Shown: positions 40,403 through 50,151 of the stretch, one piece after another
How positions within the stretch are numbered: the stretch's first letter is position 1
Layout: the number at the start of each line of letters is the position of its first letter
Source: Patescibacteria group bacterium
Lineage (GTDB): Bacteria > Patescibacteriota > Microgenomatia > UBA12405
Assembly: GCA_050943115.1 (NCBI GenBank)
Contig: JBMNON010000006.1
Coordinates: forward strand, 963 to 64,962
Direction: 5' to 3'
Length of the DNA stretch: 64,000 bases
Made by a program: the position numbers and the translations under genes
The notes under the pieces: model-generated
Database searches by the model: none
Told to the model about the DNA's origin: nothing
The model's input: only the letters and a program-made list of their open reading frames with translations

Positions 40403-41582
40403 TAATTTTTTCTCTGGTTTTTTGGTAAAAGTCCCTCATCCGAGCCGAGACCTGCCGCCAGGAGTTTTTACGGCCATAAATTATATTTCGCCTTTGCATA
40501 GCCAGTACATGCGGGGAATTTTTATTACTCAGGACATAATTGATTTTTTGGCCTAAGGCTTGGTGATCCTTGGTATCAATTAGAAAACCGTTGATGTTGT
40601 CGTCAATCAAGAAAGGTAGGGCTGTATTGTCGGCAACTAAGCAAACCAAACCTTGGCTTAAGCCTTCATGGACCACATTACAGAAACTTTCCCAAAGAGC
40701 CATATGAACCATCATTTGGGCATGTTTGATGAGGTAGAATTTGTCGATACCATTCACTACACCAACAAATATGACTCTCTTTTCCAGACCCAAATCGGTT
40801 ATCAGCTGAATAAGGGAGTCGTAGTAGTTGCGATCCGAAATGGGACCGGCGATGACATAACTAAGATCGGAGGGGGTCGAGACAAGAGCTTTTATGGCTG
40901 TTTCGTAATTTTTGATGGGATATATGCGACCAATTTGAATGATATATTTACCAAATTCTTTTACCTGATTTTTTATCTGCTGGCTAGCTTGATTTTCTAA
41001 ATCGGCAAAAGCCTCATCCTCAATACCGTTATCGATAACTTCAATTAGTTTAGGATTTAAATGTTTTTTAACCATTTCCTGTTTTTCCCACTCCGAAACC
41101 GCCCGGACACCATCGGCTGACAGGTTAATAAGAAGAACCCCGAGAGTAAAGTGGTAAATCCTTTTTAGAAAAGCGACAAGAGGGGGAAAGACAGACCACT
41201 CCGGATTAAAACCGCCGTGAGGAGTAATAATCAAAGAATAGTTTTTCCTATTAATAATTTTTAAAAAAAGGGTGAAGAGCATCAGCTGGAAATGAGGAAA
41301 GACGTTGAAGTTGTGCAGGCAAAGAAAATCTGTCTGTCGCCAGTCAATGTTCGGAATAAAACCAAAAAGACCAAAGGGGTACCTCCTGACCTTTAGGCCT
41401 TTTATCCTGCACTTTCGAGGCAGGCAGTTTTTGTCCAGCAAGGTGTTTTGGGAAGTGTGGACAGTAAGGCTCCAATTTTCCTCTATAAAATGACAATAAG
41501 TTTCGCGAATATTTGTTTCGATGCCGGCAGTTACCGGACAAAAATATTTTGTAACCACGTCAACTTTTAATTTGTTTTTCAT
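40353..41582 (-). CDS. GT4-family (GT-B) glycosyltransferase
   Basis: The C-terminal half has an E..E-type GT1/GT4 motif (WESFCNVVHEGLSQGLVCLV). Confidence 0.7.
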   Translation of the reverse strand: MKNKLKVDVVTKYFCPVTAGIETNIRETYCHFIEENWSLTVHTSQNTLLDKNCLPRKCRIKGLKVRRYPFGLFGFIPNIDWRQTDFLCLHNFNVFPHFQLMLFTLFLKIINRKNYSLIITPHGGFNPEWSVFPPLVAFLKRIYHFTLGVLLINLSADGVRAVSEWEKQEMVKKHLNPKLIEVIDNGIEDEAFADLENQASQQIKNQVKEFGKYIIQIGRIYPIKNYETAIKALVSTPSDLSYVIAGPISDRNYYDSLIQLITDLGLEKRVIFVGVVNGIDKFYLIKHAQMMVHMALWESFCNVVHEGLSQGLVCLVADNTALPFLIDDNINGFLIDTKDHQALGQKINYVLSNKNSPHVLAMQRRNIIYGRKNSWRQVSARMRDFYQKTREKIIGSTIEDIHVSSAKIK

Positions 41583-42520
41583 AGTCGGGCATATGAAGGG
41601 AAATAATTTTTAACAAATTGGCGGAAACTGACTCCCCTGTCAGAGTACGCTGCCTTGAATTCCCTAAAATCATGTGAATTATCGACACCAATTCGGGGGA
41701 TAGCCAGAGGATCGGTGGTGGGAGAAATTTGGCTGTCATCCATAGAAAAAGCAAGGGAATAACCAGCGGCCTCCACCATGTCCCGAATCATTTTGTTGTA
41801 GACTCCTTTAGGATATGCGAAAAATTTAATGGGAATTCCGTACTTGTCTTCCAGTTGTTTTTTAGAAGTAACAACTTCTTTGTAAAGATGGGATGGGGTA
41901 AGTGTGTTGAAATCAGCGTGGGTAGCGCTATGGCAGCCGAATTCCCAGCCGTCTTTGTCTAAGATTTTAATTTGATCTTTCGTAAGAAAACCGGAAACAG
42001 CTCCGAGCTGAGAAAAATTGGCATTCGCGGGGTCAGAAAGCAGGAAGACAATCGGCTTAAAGTAAAGTCGATTGATAATATCTCTTATGTCAAAAATGCT
42101 TTGAAGGCCATCGTCAAAAGTAAGAAGAAAGCCAGAAATATTTGATTTGTGTCCGGTAACAAAATCATAAAGTTTTGACGAAGAAATGAAGTTGGCGTAA
42201 GTTGCCAGATGAGTGAGTTGTTTCTCAAACTGGTCCGGGTTAACGGCAAAACGCCAGTCGCTTGTGACGATGTCATGGTAACAGAGAACTTTTATTCCGG
42301 GATACTCCCCTTTTATTAAGTTGTTGGAATGGTCAATCAAGTGATAAATTAACCTTCTTATCAAGGTTTTTGGTTCAGTCATGGGGGTAATCCAAATATT
42401 TAGTTGAAGAGGAGATTTGCCAGATCCCTTTGTTAAAGACATAAGGTTTAATCTTGGCCTTAATCTTTGAAATTGCCAGAATATATAAGTAAAAAAAAGT
42501 ATGAAGAGGATACTGGGCAA
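41579..42520 (-). CDS. polysaccharide deacetylase (NodB-homology, CE4)
   Basis: The NodB motifs TFDDG and HSATHADF are present. The annotated start overlaps the upstream GT2 gene by 146 nt, so the internal ATG at 42382 or 42442 may be the true start. Confidence 0.75.
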   Translation of the reverse strand: MPSILFILFFTYIFWQFQRLRPRLNLMSLTKGSGKSPLQLNIWITPMTEPKTLIRRLIYHLIDHSNNLIKGEYPGIKVLCYHDIVTSDWRFAVNPDQFEKQLTHLATYANFISSSKLYDFVTGHKSNISGFLLTFDDGLQSIFDIRDIINRLYFKPIVFLLSDPANANFSQLGAVSGFLTKDQIKILDKDGWEFGCHSATHADFNTLTPSHLYKEVVTSKKQLEDKYGIPIKFFAYPKGVYNKMIRDMVEAAGYSLAFSMDDSQISPTTDPLAIPRIGVDNSHDFREFKAAYSDRGVSFRQFVKNYFPSYARL

Positions 42521-43313
42521 AGATTCTTAAGAAAGCTTTTAGGGCCGGAGCAACAGGGATGCTGTAATGATTTTTTACGAATTGGTAACCATACTCAGAG
42601 ACAAGTTCATCTCTGGCCTGAAAAAACCTCTGACTTTGTCGTAAATGATCCTCAACATTTTGGGGCAATTTGAAAATGGCGACCGCATCTTTAGCGTACT
42701 GATATTTAAAGCCAAACTTTTTGGCGAATAAGTAAGAATGAGCATCTTCGGCCGTAAACTGTTTAAAGTCAATTTTATTGTAGAGCCTTTTGGAAAAAGC
42801 CCGGGCAATACCTTTGCAGGTATATATATTATTGCCTTGGTTGATGTTTTCAAAAAGATAATTTTTGAAAATGTTGCTGACAGCAATTGTCTCCTCAATA
42901 AAATTTTGGGGCGGGATTTCTCGGAGCCTAACAGACGTCAGGTCTGACTTTCTGTCAATAATGGGTCTGACTAACTTTTCAATAAATAAGCTGTCTTGGG
43001 GCAGGAGATCGGCATTAAGAAGAACAAGGATGTCGGTGTCGGTATAGGAAATGATTTGATTTTGGCGGTAAGGGGCACCTTTACGGAAATAGTTTTCCAG
43101 AACAAGAAGGCCGGGAAGGTCAAAACTACTGGCGATTTTGACAGTATTGTCATTACTGCCATCGGAAGCAACAATTACTTTTTTTAAGATATAATCTTTT
43201 TGCTCCTGTTCTTTTAGAAGATTTAGTAAGTTGCCGATATTAGCCTCTTCATTGAAAGCGGGAATGCCAATTGTAACCGTAAGTTTATTTTTATTTCCCA
43301 TAACTACTTTCAA
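42375..43313 (-). CDS. GT2-family glycosyltransferase
   Basis: It has IGIPAFNEE and a DxD-like VASDGSNDNT. Confidence 0.75.
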   Translation of the reverse strand: MKVVMGNKNKLTVTIGIPAFNEEANIGNLLNLLKEQEQKDYILKKVIVASDGSNDNTVKIASSFDLPGLLVLENYFRKGAPYRQNQIISYTDTDILVLLNADLLPQDSLFIEKLVRPIIDRKSDLTSVRLREIPPQNFIEETIAVSNIFKNYLFENINQGNNIYTCKGIARAFSKRLYNKIDFKQFTAEDAHSYLFAKKFGFKYQYAKDAVAIFKLPQNVEDHLRQSQRFFQARDELVSEYGYQFVKNHYSIPVAPALKAFLRIFAQYPLHTFFYLYILAISKIKAKIKPYVFNKGIWQISSSTKYLDYPHD

Positions 43314-46300
43314 TAATTTTTAAAAACTGGTCAGTGCTCTTGGACCAGGAAAAGTTTTTAGACCATTTCAAGCTACCCTTTTCCAGCTTATGCCTTAACT
43401 TTTCGTTATTTATCAACAGGTTTATTTTTTTTGCAAATTCAGGCGCATTGCCCTTGGTGACTAAAAAACCGGTGTGGGGGTTTTGGACGGAATCACGAAG
43501 ACCCGGGACATCTGAAGCAATAACGGGAGTACCGGAAGCATTGGCTTCTATGGCTGATATACCCCATCCTTCCATAGATGAAGGCTGAACAAATATCCAG
43601 GATTGGCTAAGTAGTTTTACTTTTGCTTCTTCGCTAACTTTACCTAAGAATTGAACAAACTTGTCCAACCTTAAGTCTTTTACTAACTGCTCCAGATACT
43701 CTCTACTTTCTCCAAATCCGGCAATTTTTAAAGTCGCCTGCGGGTTTTTCTGAACTACCAGCTTCATGGCTCTTATTAGGGTATCTATAGATTTGTAGGC
43801 TTTAAGACGGCCTAAATACAGAATCGAAGGGTTAATGGTTTTTTTCTGAGGATGAAACTTACTATCTTCGACTCCCGGATTAATAATTTCGATAGGAAAG
43901 CTAGTGCCGAATCCGAGTTTTTCCATGTCTATTTTTGAAGAAGGAGAAATTGTGACCATTTGAGTATTTTTGTAAACCTTGGGCATAAGTTTTCCTTCCA
44001 GAAAGCAGGCCAAAGAAGCCATGGGGGCAGAGAGATTTTGGCGAAAGACATTCTGATGGATGTGATAGAGAAGCCCAATTTTTGGTTTACGACTAAAAAG
44101 AGGTGAAAAGAAAGGGACTCCGTTTATAGAGTCTATGATTACATCTGTCTTTTTTCTAAAAGAGAAGAAGTATTTGATGAAGGCCCACAAATACACCGTA
44201 TAAAAACCGCCTTTCCTAACAACTTTCACACCATCAATATATTCTTGCGAGGGTGAGCGGCGATCATTGCTGCAAAATAAAGTGACGTTGTGACCAAGCG
44301 ATACCAGCCTTTTGGCGATTTCATGAACATAAACTTCGGCGCCCCCTGACCAAATGTGCCGGATATCCCGCCAATTGAAAATTAGAATGTTTAACTTTTG
44401 CTTTTCTTTTTTCGGAGAGTCTTTTAGGTGAAGTCCATGAATAGTTTTCTCCCAATAGTGGGGCTTAACTATAAGTTGATAGAAAGCAATTCCGGCGGCC
44501 ACCGAGGCCATCAACCAGTAAAAGGGTACGAGAAAAACATACTTCATCAGCCACCAGTATTTCCTTTTGGCCAAACCTATCATGTAATAGTAGAGAAAAA
44601 GAAAATTTCCAAATACAAAGGATGCCGCAGCCATATAGAAAATTACGGGGGGATAAAGGGACTCGATAGTGGGGCCGACCAGACTGTTGAGGGCAAAGTA
44701 AGAGATGGTTGTCAGCCACATAAACGGATTAATAAGCATAAAGGCAATCTTGCCACCAATAGAAAGATGAAAAAGTACAGTATGCCAGCCATGACGACGG
44801 AAAAAGCTGATGGGGTCACGAAGATGAACAAGATAAGTTTGAATGTAGCCTTTAACCCAACGGGAACGCTGCCGAAGCCAGTTTTTGGGGTTACTGTTAG
44901 CTTCTTCAAAAGTAACGGAGTCGACGATGGCGGTTTTGGCTCCCCTTTTGAAAAGGCGAATACCAAGATCCGCGTCTTCGGTGACGTTAAAAGGGTCCCA
45001 ACCTTCAAGTTCGAGTAAATCTTTGGTTCTAAAATGATTGCTGGTTCCGCCAAGAGGAATTACAGTATTAACAGTTTGAAGCCCGGTGAGAATAACGTCA
45101 AACCATAGGGAATATTCGGCTGTAAAAAGGCGGGTAAGAAGGTTTTGGTTGGAGTTATAGTAGTTGAGTTTGGCCTGAATGCATTTAACGTCAGAGCTGA
45201 CTTGCTTAAAAGCCAGGTACACCTTTTTTAATTGAAGAGGATCCGGCGAATCTTCGGCATCGTAGATTACAAGGAAATCCCCCTTGGCATGATTTAATCC
45301 GTAATTACATGCCTTGGGTTTAGTTTTAGGTTGAGATTCGGGGACAATTAGGATACGGATATATGGAGGCAAATCCAGTTCATAGGCGGTTTGAACGGTT
45401 TCCTTATCGTCCTTCTCCAAAAGGAGGATAACATCTAGTTTATCTTTGGGCCAGTCAATTTTACTTATAGAATTAAGCAAGTCCGGCAACACCTTAGCTT
45501 CCCGATACATGGGGCAAAGTATGGTATAGACAGGCAGCTCTTTGTCGCGAAGGGTATTAATTTTTTGCGAAGAGATTTCAATTTCCGGCGGAAAATGAAG
45601 ACTGCGTAAAATCAGAATCAGATTGAAGGTGAGATCAATAAAATAAGCAAAAGTGAGAATGGCGGTAAGGGCGATTAGGGTGTTTAAGGGAGAGATTGCT
45701 AAAAATCCCAGAATCAAGGCGATTATCGATAGTAAGGCAATTTTTTGCCAGAGAACCAGAGTATGAACAGCGGAATATTTATGTTCAAGGGTTGTGTGAG
45801 TAATAAACTTAGCCCGATGGTGGATAACTCCAGCCCCGGTCATGGAATTAACGTCACCGGGATCTATCTTTAGCGGTTTTTGCGAAGTAAGATTGAATTT
45901 AACAAATTGATTGCCAAATTCCCTGAACAAAGAGAGTAGTTTTATTTTGGATTTACGGTATGAATGACGATTAATCAATGCTTTAGTCTGGCCGACGGTA
46001 AATCCCATTTCGAGAGAGGTCCGGATTAGAGGGGTTAGTAAATTAAATTTTGTAATATCGACGGCTTCAATTTGTCTGAGAATGTCACTTTTGACCACAA
46101 AGGGTTCGATGGTGCCGGAAAGTCTAATTTTTTTGTAAGAAAAAGATCCGGGTTTCTTTTCTACCCTTAATTCAGAAGCGAGAACAAGTCCGTAAAGCTG
46201 TGTTAGTTCGAACATTTCAGACATAATTTCAGGGGGATAATCAGAGTCGATATCCAATACGGCGATGTAAGGAGAGAAAGATAGAACTAAAGCTTCCAGG

Positions 46301-46542
46301 ACTGAAAAGGTCTTGCCCGATTGGCTGCGCTTTTTTTTGTACTCCAAGGGGTAATATTTAGACAGCACTCTTACAGTCTGCCGCAGGCTACCGTCCCGAC
46401 TTTCATCTAAAATTATGGCTTTATAAGCAATGTTGTTTTTGGTTAATTCGAGATTTAAGCGCTTCAAATAGGATGATAAGGGCTTGGTCTGACTTTTGGT
46501 CAAAATAATCACATCCAATAGTGTCAAGGCATTTTTTGGCAT
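43291..46542 (-). CDS. 1,083-aa tripartite fusion: N-terminal GT2-like domain, a processive cellulose-synthase-like GT2 (D, DxD, TED, QxxRW) with TM helices, and a C-terminal GT4 (GT-B) domain
   Basis: The synthase region has YDAEDSP, VTEDADLG and QRSRWVKG. Multiple TM helices flank the synthase domain. The GT4 region has EGWGISAIEANASGTPVIASD. Confidence 0.75.
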   Translation of the reverse strand: MPKNALTLLDVIILTKSQTKPLSSYLKRLNLELTKNNIAYKAIILDESRDGSLRQTVRVLSKYYPLEYKKKRSQSGKTFSVLEALVLSFSPYIAVLDIDSDYPPEIMSEMFELTQLYGLVLASELRVEKKPGSFSYKKIRLSGTIEPFVVKSDILRQIEAVDITKFNLLTPLIRTSLEMGFTVGQTKALINRHSYRKSKIKLLSLFREFGNQFVKFNLTSQKPLKIDPGDVNSMTGAGVIHHRAKFITHTTLEHKYSAVHTLVLWQKIALLSIIALILGFLAISPLNTLIALTAILTFAYFIDLTFNLILILRSLHFPPEIEISSQKINTLRDKELPVYTILCPMYREAKVLPDLLNSISKIDWPKDKLDVILLLEKDDKETVQTAYELDLPPYIRILIVPESQPKTKPKACNYGLNHAKGDFLVIYDAEDSPDPLQLKKVYLAFKQVSSDVKCIQAKLNYYNSNQNLLTRLFTAEYSLWFDVILTGLQTVNTVIPLGGTSNHFRTKDLLELEGWDPFNVTEDADLGIRLFKRGAKTAIVDSVTFEEANSNPKNWLRQRSRWVKGYIQTYLVHLRDPISFFRRHGWHTVLFHLSIGGKIAFMLINPFMWLTTISYFALNSLVGPTIESLYPPVIFYMAAASFVFGNFLFLYYYMIGLAKRKYWWLMKYVFLVPFYWLMASVAAGIAFYQLIVKPHYWEKTIHGLHLKDSPKKEKQKLNILIFNWRDIRHIWSGGAEVYVHEIAKRLVSLGHNVTLFCSNDRRSPSQEYIDGVKVVRKGGFYTVYLWAFIKYFFSFRKKTDVIIDSINGVPFFSPLFSRKPKIGLLYHIHQNVFRQNLSAPMASLACFLEGKLMPKVYKNTQMVTISPSSKIDMEKLGFGTSFPIEIINPGVEDSKFHPQKKTINPSILYLGRLKAYKSIDTLIRAMKLVVQKNPQATLKIAGFGESREYLEQLVKDLRLDKFVQFLGKVSEEAKVKLLSQSWIFVQPSSMEGWGISAIEANASGTPVIASDVPGLRDSVQNPHTGFLVTKGNAPEFAKKINLLINNEKLRHKLEKGSLKWSKNFSWSKSTDQFLKIIESSYGK

Positions 46543-46723
46543 AAAAACAATGAAATTTTTACTAAGGAGAGGATAAGATTTTTATGTAATTAAACCGACA
46601 AAGCTGTGTAATAAAAAGGTAAACTAGGAAGCGTGGTATTTATTTCTCCTTTTCGTCCTAAATTGTGAACTGCTTTATTAGAAGTTGTGGAAATAAGTTT
46701 GTCGATTGGGAAAATCAGCTAAG

Positions 46724-47209
46724 TCAGGTTATCACCGCCTCAAGGGGGGTGGCAATTTTCCTGTAATCATGGGAGCTAATGGATATAGATACTCCCCTAT
46801 CACCAGCGTTAAAAATTATTAATTTATTTTCAAAAAGAGACGGGTCAACAATAAGGGGTATTGAAAACAGGTTACCAAAAGGAGGAATGGCACCGGGCAA
46901 AATGCCTTGAGTAAGAATGCTGATTTCTTCGGGAGTAACAAATTTAAATTCTTTAATATTGAGAAGGATTTTAACTTTTTTGTTGTCAAACTTCCGGTCG
47001 GCCGGGAAAACCAACATAACAAAGTCGCTGTGGTAAAAAGGCCTAGGGATTTTAATAATAATTGCCTTAGCCCCTTGTTTCAGGGAATAACCAGTTCGGA
47101 GAGAGGCGGCCTCCTGGCTGGTTTTAACAGAGGGGTGTTCAAAATACCGATAAACAAGATGATGGCTTTCAAAAAATGAAACCAGTTGGCTAACAAAAGG
47201 GTGGGGCAT
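46724..47209 (-). CDS. YbaK/ProX-type aminoacyl-tRNA deacylase domain protein
   Basis: The pattern H..V.T.EEAA..., K..IIK, ...PPFG matches the YbaK fold. Confidence 0.6.
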   Translation of the reverse strand: MPHPFVSQLVSFFESHHLVYRYFEHPSVKTSQEAASLRTGYSLKQGAKAIIIKIPRPFYHSDFVMLVFPADRKFDNKKVKILLNIKEFKFVTPEEISILTQGILPGAIPPFGNLFSIPLIVDPSLFENKLIIFNAGDRGVSISISSHDYRKIATPLEAVIT

Positions 47210-47283
47210 TTCTTCTTACAATTTTATTACATTATTCTGTAGCTAACAAAGAAACACTATTTTAGAATTATATAGGCAAAAAG

Positions 47284-48102
47284 ATGAAGAAATTAAAGCT
47301 TAACGACGAGACTAAAATTCCCATAATTGGCCTAGGAACATGGCAATTGCATGGAGATAATTGTGTCAGGGCTGTGGAAGAGGCCTTGGAGGTCGGTTAC
47401 AGGCATCTTGATACCGCTGAGGCTTATGACAACCAAGTGGAAGTGGGCCGGGGAATCAAAAATATCGGCCTGAGTCGTGAAAAGATCTTTATCACATCCA
47501 AAGTCTGGATGACACATCTTAAGAAAGATCAGGTAGAAGGTGCCTTGAATAAGACACTGGAAGAGCTGGACACGGAATACCTTGACCTTTATTTGATTCA
47601 TTGGCCGAACAGATCGGTTCCCATAGAGGAAACACTTGAAGCGATGACAGAATTAAAAAGAAAAAATTTGATCAAAGCAATCGGAGTCTCTAATTTTACA
47701 ATTAACCATTTAAAAGATGCCTTGAAAACCGGGATGGAGGTAAGCAACAATCAAGTGGAATTTCATCCCAGTTTAAACCAGGAGGACTTGAAGGAATTTT
47801 GTGATGAAAACGGGATAACCTTAACAGCCTATTCCCCGATAGCACAGGGCAGGGATTTGAATTTGGAAATTATTGAAGGACTGTCACAAAAATACAAAAG
47901 AAGTCGGTCTCAAGTGATCTTGCGGTGGTTAATACAAAAAGAAATAATTGTCATTCCCAGGTCGGAAAATCCGGTTCATATCCGAGATAATTATGAAAGC
48001 TTAAACTGGGAGATGGAAAGTAGCGATATTGATTTGATTGACAGTGTTGACAGGCTGAGTAACCGAATAGTCAATCCTTTGTTTGGCGACTTTAATTATT
48101 AA
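47284..48102 (+). CDS. aldo/keto reductase
   Basis: It has IPIIGLGTWQ, HLDTAEAYDNQ and IHWP. Confidence 0.85.
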   Translation: MKKLKLNDETKIPIIGLGTWQLHGDNCVRAVEEALEVGYRHLDTAEAYDNQVEVGRGIKNIGLSREKIFITSKVWMTHLKKDQVEGALNKTLEELDTEYLDLYLIHWPNRSVPIEETLEAMTELKRKNLIKAIGVSNFTINHLKDALKTGMEVSNNQVEFHPSLNQEDLKEFCDENGITLTAYSPIAQGRDLNLEIIEGLSQKYKRSRSQVILRWLIQKEIIVIPRSENPVHIRDNYESLNWEMESSDIDLIDSVDRLSNRIVNPLFGDFNY

Positions 48103-48329
48103 GTTGTTCTGGGTTTTGAACTAAGAGCAAAAAGTACGTAGAGGGCCGATACTCCAACCAGAATATAAATAATACGGGCAATAATCGGCACACTACCAAA
48201 AAGGGCCAGCACCAAATCAAAACCGAATAAACCAATAAGGCCCCAGTTTATTCCGCCAATAATAAGCAGTACAAGAAAAAACCAGTCAACGGCAGATAAA
48301 TTTCTCATAAATAATATAATTTGTAACAA
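48099..48329 (-). CDS. DUF378 small membrane protein
   Basis: It has FLVLLIIGGINWGLIGLFGFDLV. Confidence 0.6.
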   Translation of the reverse strand: MLQIILFMRNLSAVDWFFLVLLIIGGINWGLIGLFGFDLVLALFGSVPIIARIIYILVGVSALYVLFALSSKPRTT

Positions 48330-48459
48330 TTCAATTGTAAGCTTGGGGAGTAAGGAAGCAGTAATAAAAGATTAAGAAATCGTTAATAGTTTTTGATTGA
48401 TATATTACGAAAGATTAACAATAGTCTTGCGCAATTATTAAGAAATTGTCATAGAGTAA

Positions 48460-49293
48460 GTGTTTATGATAAGAAAACTGGTGATTTTCGCAGTAATGGT
48501 AGTAGCAAGCACATTCTTGCTCATGGCCGGAAGTGTTCAAGCTGGTGACCGGTGCATATACCGAGACACGCAAGCCAGGGTTCAGAAAAATATTAGTGAC
48601 CCATGGAAAAAGGAAATGTCTTTGAATCGGGGAGAGTACTTTAACGTAGGATCATTCCACAACGGTACAGGGCAATTTGCCAACGACACTTGGATAAAAG
48701 TAAGTGACCCAGGAGGTAGAATTTTTTGGGCAAGCAACGGAGAGAGTTTGCAGACAACAATACCCGGGATATACAAGGTGGAAGTGGGCACGCATAACCA
48801 AACAGGATTAGGGTGTTTTGAAACAGCTTGGATAAGGGTGATGCCGATAAAAAGTGTTGTGCGAGATGATATTTGTCTTTATGGAAGTACCCAATCAAGA
48901 GTACAGCAAGATATCTTCCACCACTGGGATCACTATATAAAGATCAATCAGGGAGGCTATTTTAATGTCGGGTCTTTTCACAACCAAACAGGCCAATTTG
49001 CTCATGATACAACTATTGAGGTTGTCGGACCGGAGGGAGAAAGGCGGTTTTTAAAAAATGGCAATCGGATTAAAGCCGAGAGGTCTGGTATTTATAGAGT
49101 AATTGTTAGAACCGGCGGTCAAAGCGGATCCGGATGCATGGATACTTCAACTGTCGAGGTAATACCACGGCCGGAGCTTAAAAATTATTACGAATCCTGG
49201 GTAGTCCCAATGTGGAAAAATTTCGAACCATCAAGAGAGTGCCAATGGACTAATTGGGGGTCGTATATTTGTGATCACGACTACAATAATTAA
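48460..49293 (+). CDS. secreted hypothetical protein built from two tandem ~115-aa paralogous modules, each with a conserved Cys pair
   Basis: There is a signal peptide. Module 1 reads GDRCIY...GEYFNVGSFHNGTGQFANDT...GIYKVEVGTHNQTGLGCFE. Module 2 reads DDICLY...GGYFNVGSFHNQTGQFAHDT...GIYRVIVRTGGQSGSGCMD. Confidence 0.5.
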   Translation: MFMIRKLVIFAVMVVASTFLLMAGSVQAGDRCIYRDTQARVQKNISDPWKKEMSLNRGEYFNVGSFHNGTGQFANDTWIKVSDPGGRIFWASNGESLQTTIPGIYKVEVGTHNQTGLGCFETAWIRVMPIKSVVRDDICLYGSTQSRVQQDIFHHWDHYIKINQGGYFNVGSFHNQTGQFAHDTTIEVVGPEGERRFLKNGNRIKAERSGIYRVIVRTGGQSGSGCMDTSTVEVIPRPELKNYYESWVVPMWKNFEPSRECQWTNWGSYICDHDYNN

Positions 49294-49958
49294 GGGGTGA
49301 GAGTGGGTTGAACAAGCGTTGTGGTGGGCTGAGGACTGGGAGTCGGTGAATTTTCTACCTGATAAATAAAGTTCTTTTTTAAAAGCACCTCATTGCCGGT
49401 AGCCACGCTTTTTACTCTAACTTCCAATCTTTTTTCGCCCGAAGTCAGATTGTAAAGATAAATGGCTTTATCAGTAAAATCGGTCCAAGGTTGGCCGTTT
49501 AGGCTATATGACCAGACAACAGCACAATACTCATCCTTATTATGGTTAATGTCGATTAGCACCGGATCCTTGCCGACTACTTCCCCTTCTCTGGGTGAAA
49601 TAATTTCTACCGGACCAATTTCGTTTTTACATACTTTTGGCGTGGGAGAATCCGGCTCACTAGTTGGTGACGGGGTAAGGGTGCTTTCCTTTATTGTCGA
49701 ACTGATAAGAGCTTCGATTTCTGAGGCAGTTAGATTATCTTCCTTTACCCGGCTTTGGGTCGGAGACGGGGCAGGTTCGGTTGGAAGGGGCTGATTGCCA
49801 GGGGGGGTGTTTTTCTTCATATTGTTTAAATTGTTGACATTCATGAGAATGACGGTAATCAAAACAGGTAGGGACAGGAAGGCACTAAAAAATTCGACAT
49901 ACCTCTTTTTGTCGGGCAGACCTTGAACACTTTTTCTAACTTTACCGAAAATAGACAT
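49290..49958 (-). CDS. membrane-anchored hypothetical protein with a PT-rich linker
   Basis: There is an N-terminal TM helix and a Pro/Thr/Ser linker. The C-terminal ~100-aa domain is unassigned. Confidence 0.4.
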   Translation of the reverse strand: MSIFGKVRKSVQGLPDKKRYVEFFSAFLSLPVLITVILMNVNNLNNMKKNTPPGNQPLPTEPAPSPTQSRVKEDNLTASEIEALISSTIKESTLTPSPTSEPDSPTPKVCKNEIGPVEIISPREGEVVGKDPVLIDINHNKDEYCAVVWSYSLNGQPWTDFTDKAIYLYNLTSGEKRLEVRVKSVATGNEVLLKKNFIYQVENSPTPSPQPTTTLVQPTLTP

Positions 49959-50151
49959 AGTAGTGATATCAATTTTATCACCTTAGTGCTGATTTCAAGG
50001 GGTGGATTGAAAGCTGATATTAAGTATTACATACAGGGTCTATGGAGGTAGCAATACGAGAAACACATAAGCAATAGTATTATCCAAGTTTAACTAAGCT
50101 GCGGATACTTATCGCCAAAATACTTACGACCATATTCCCATAATAAGTATG

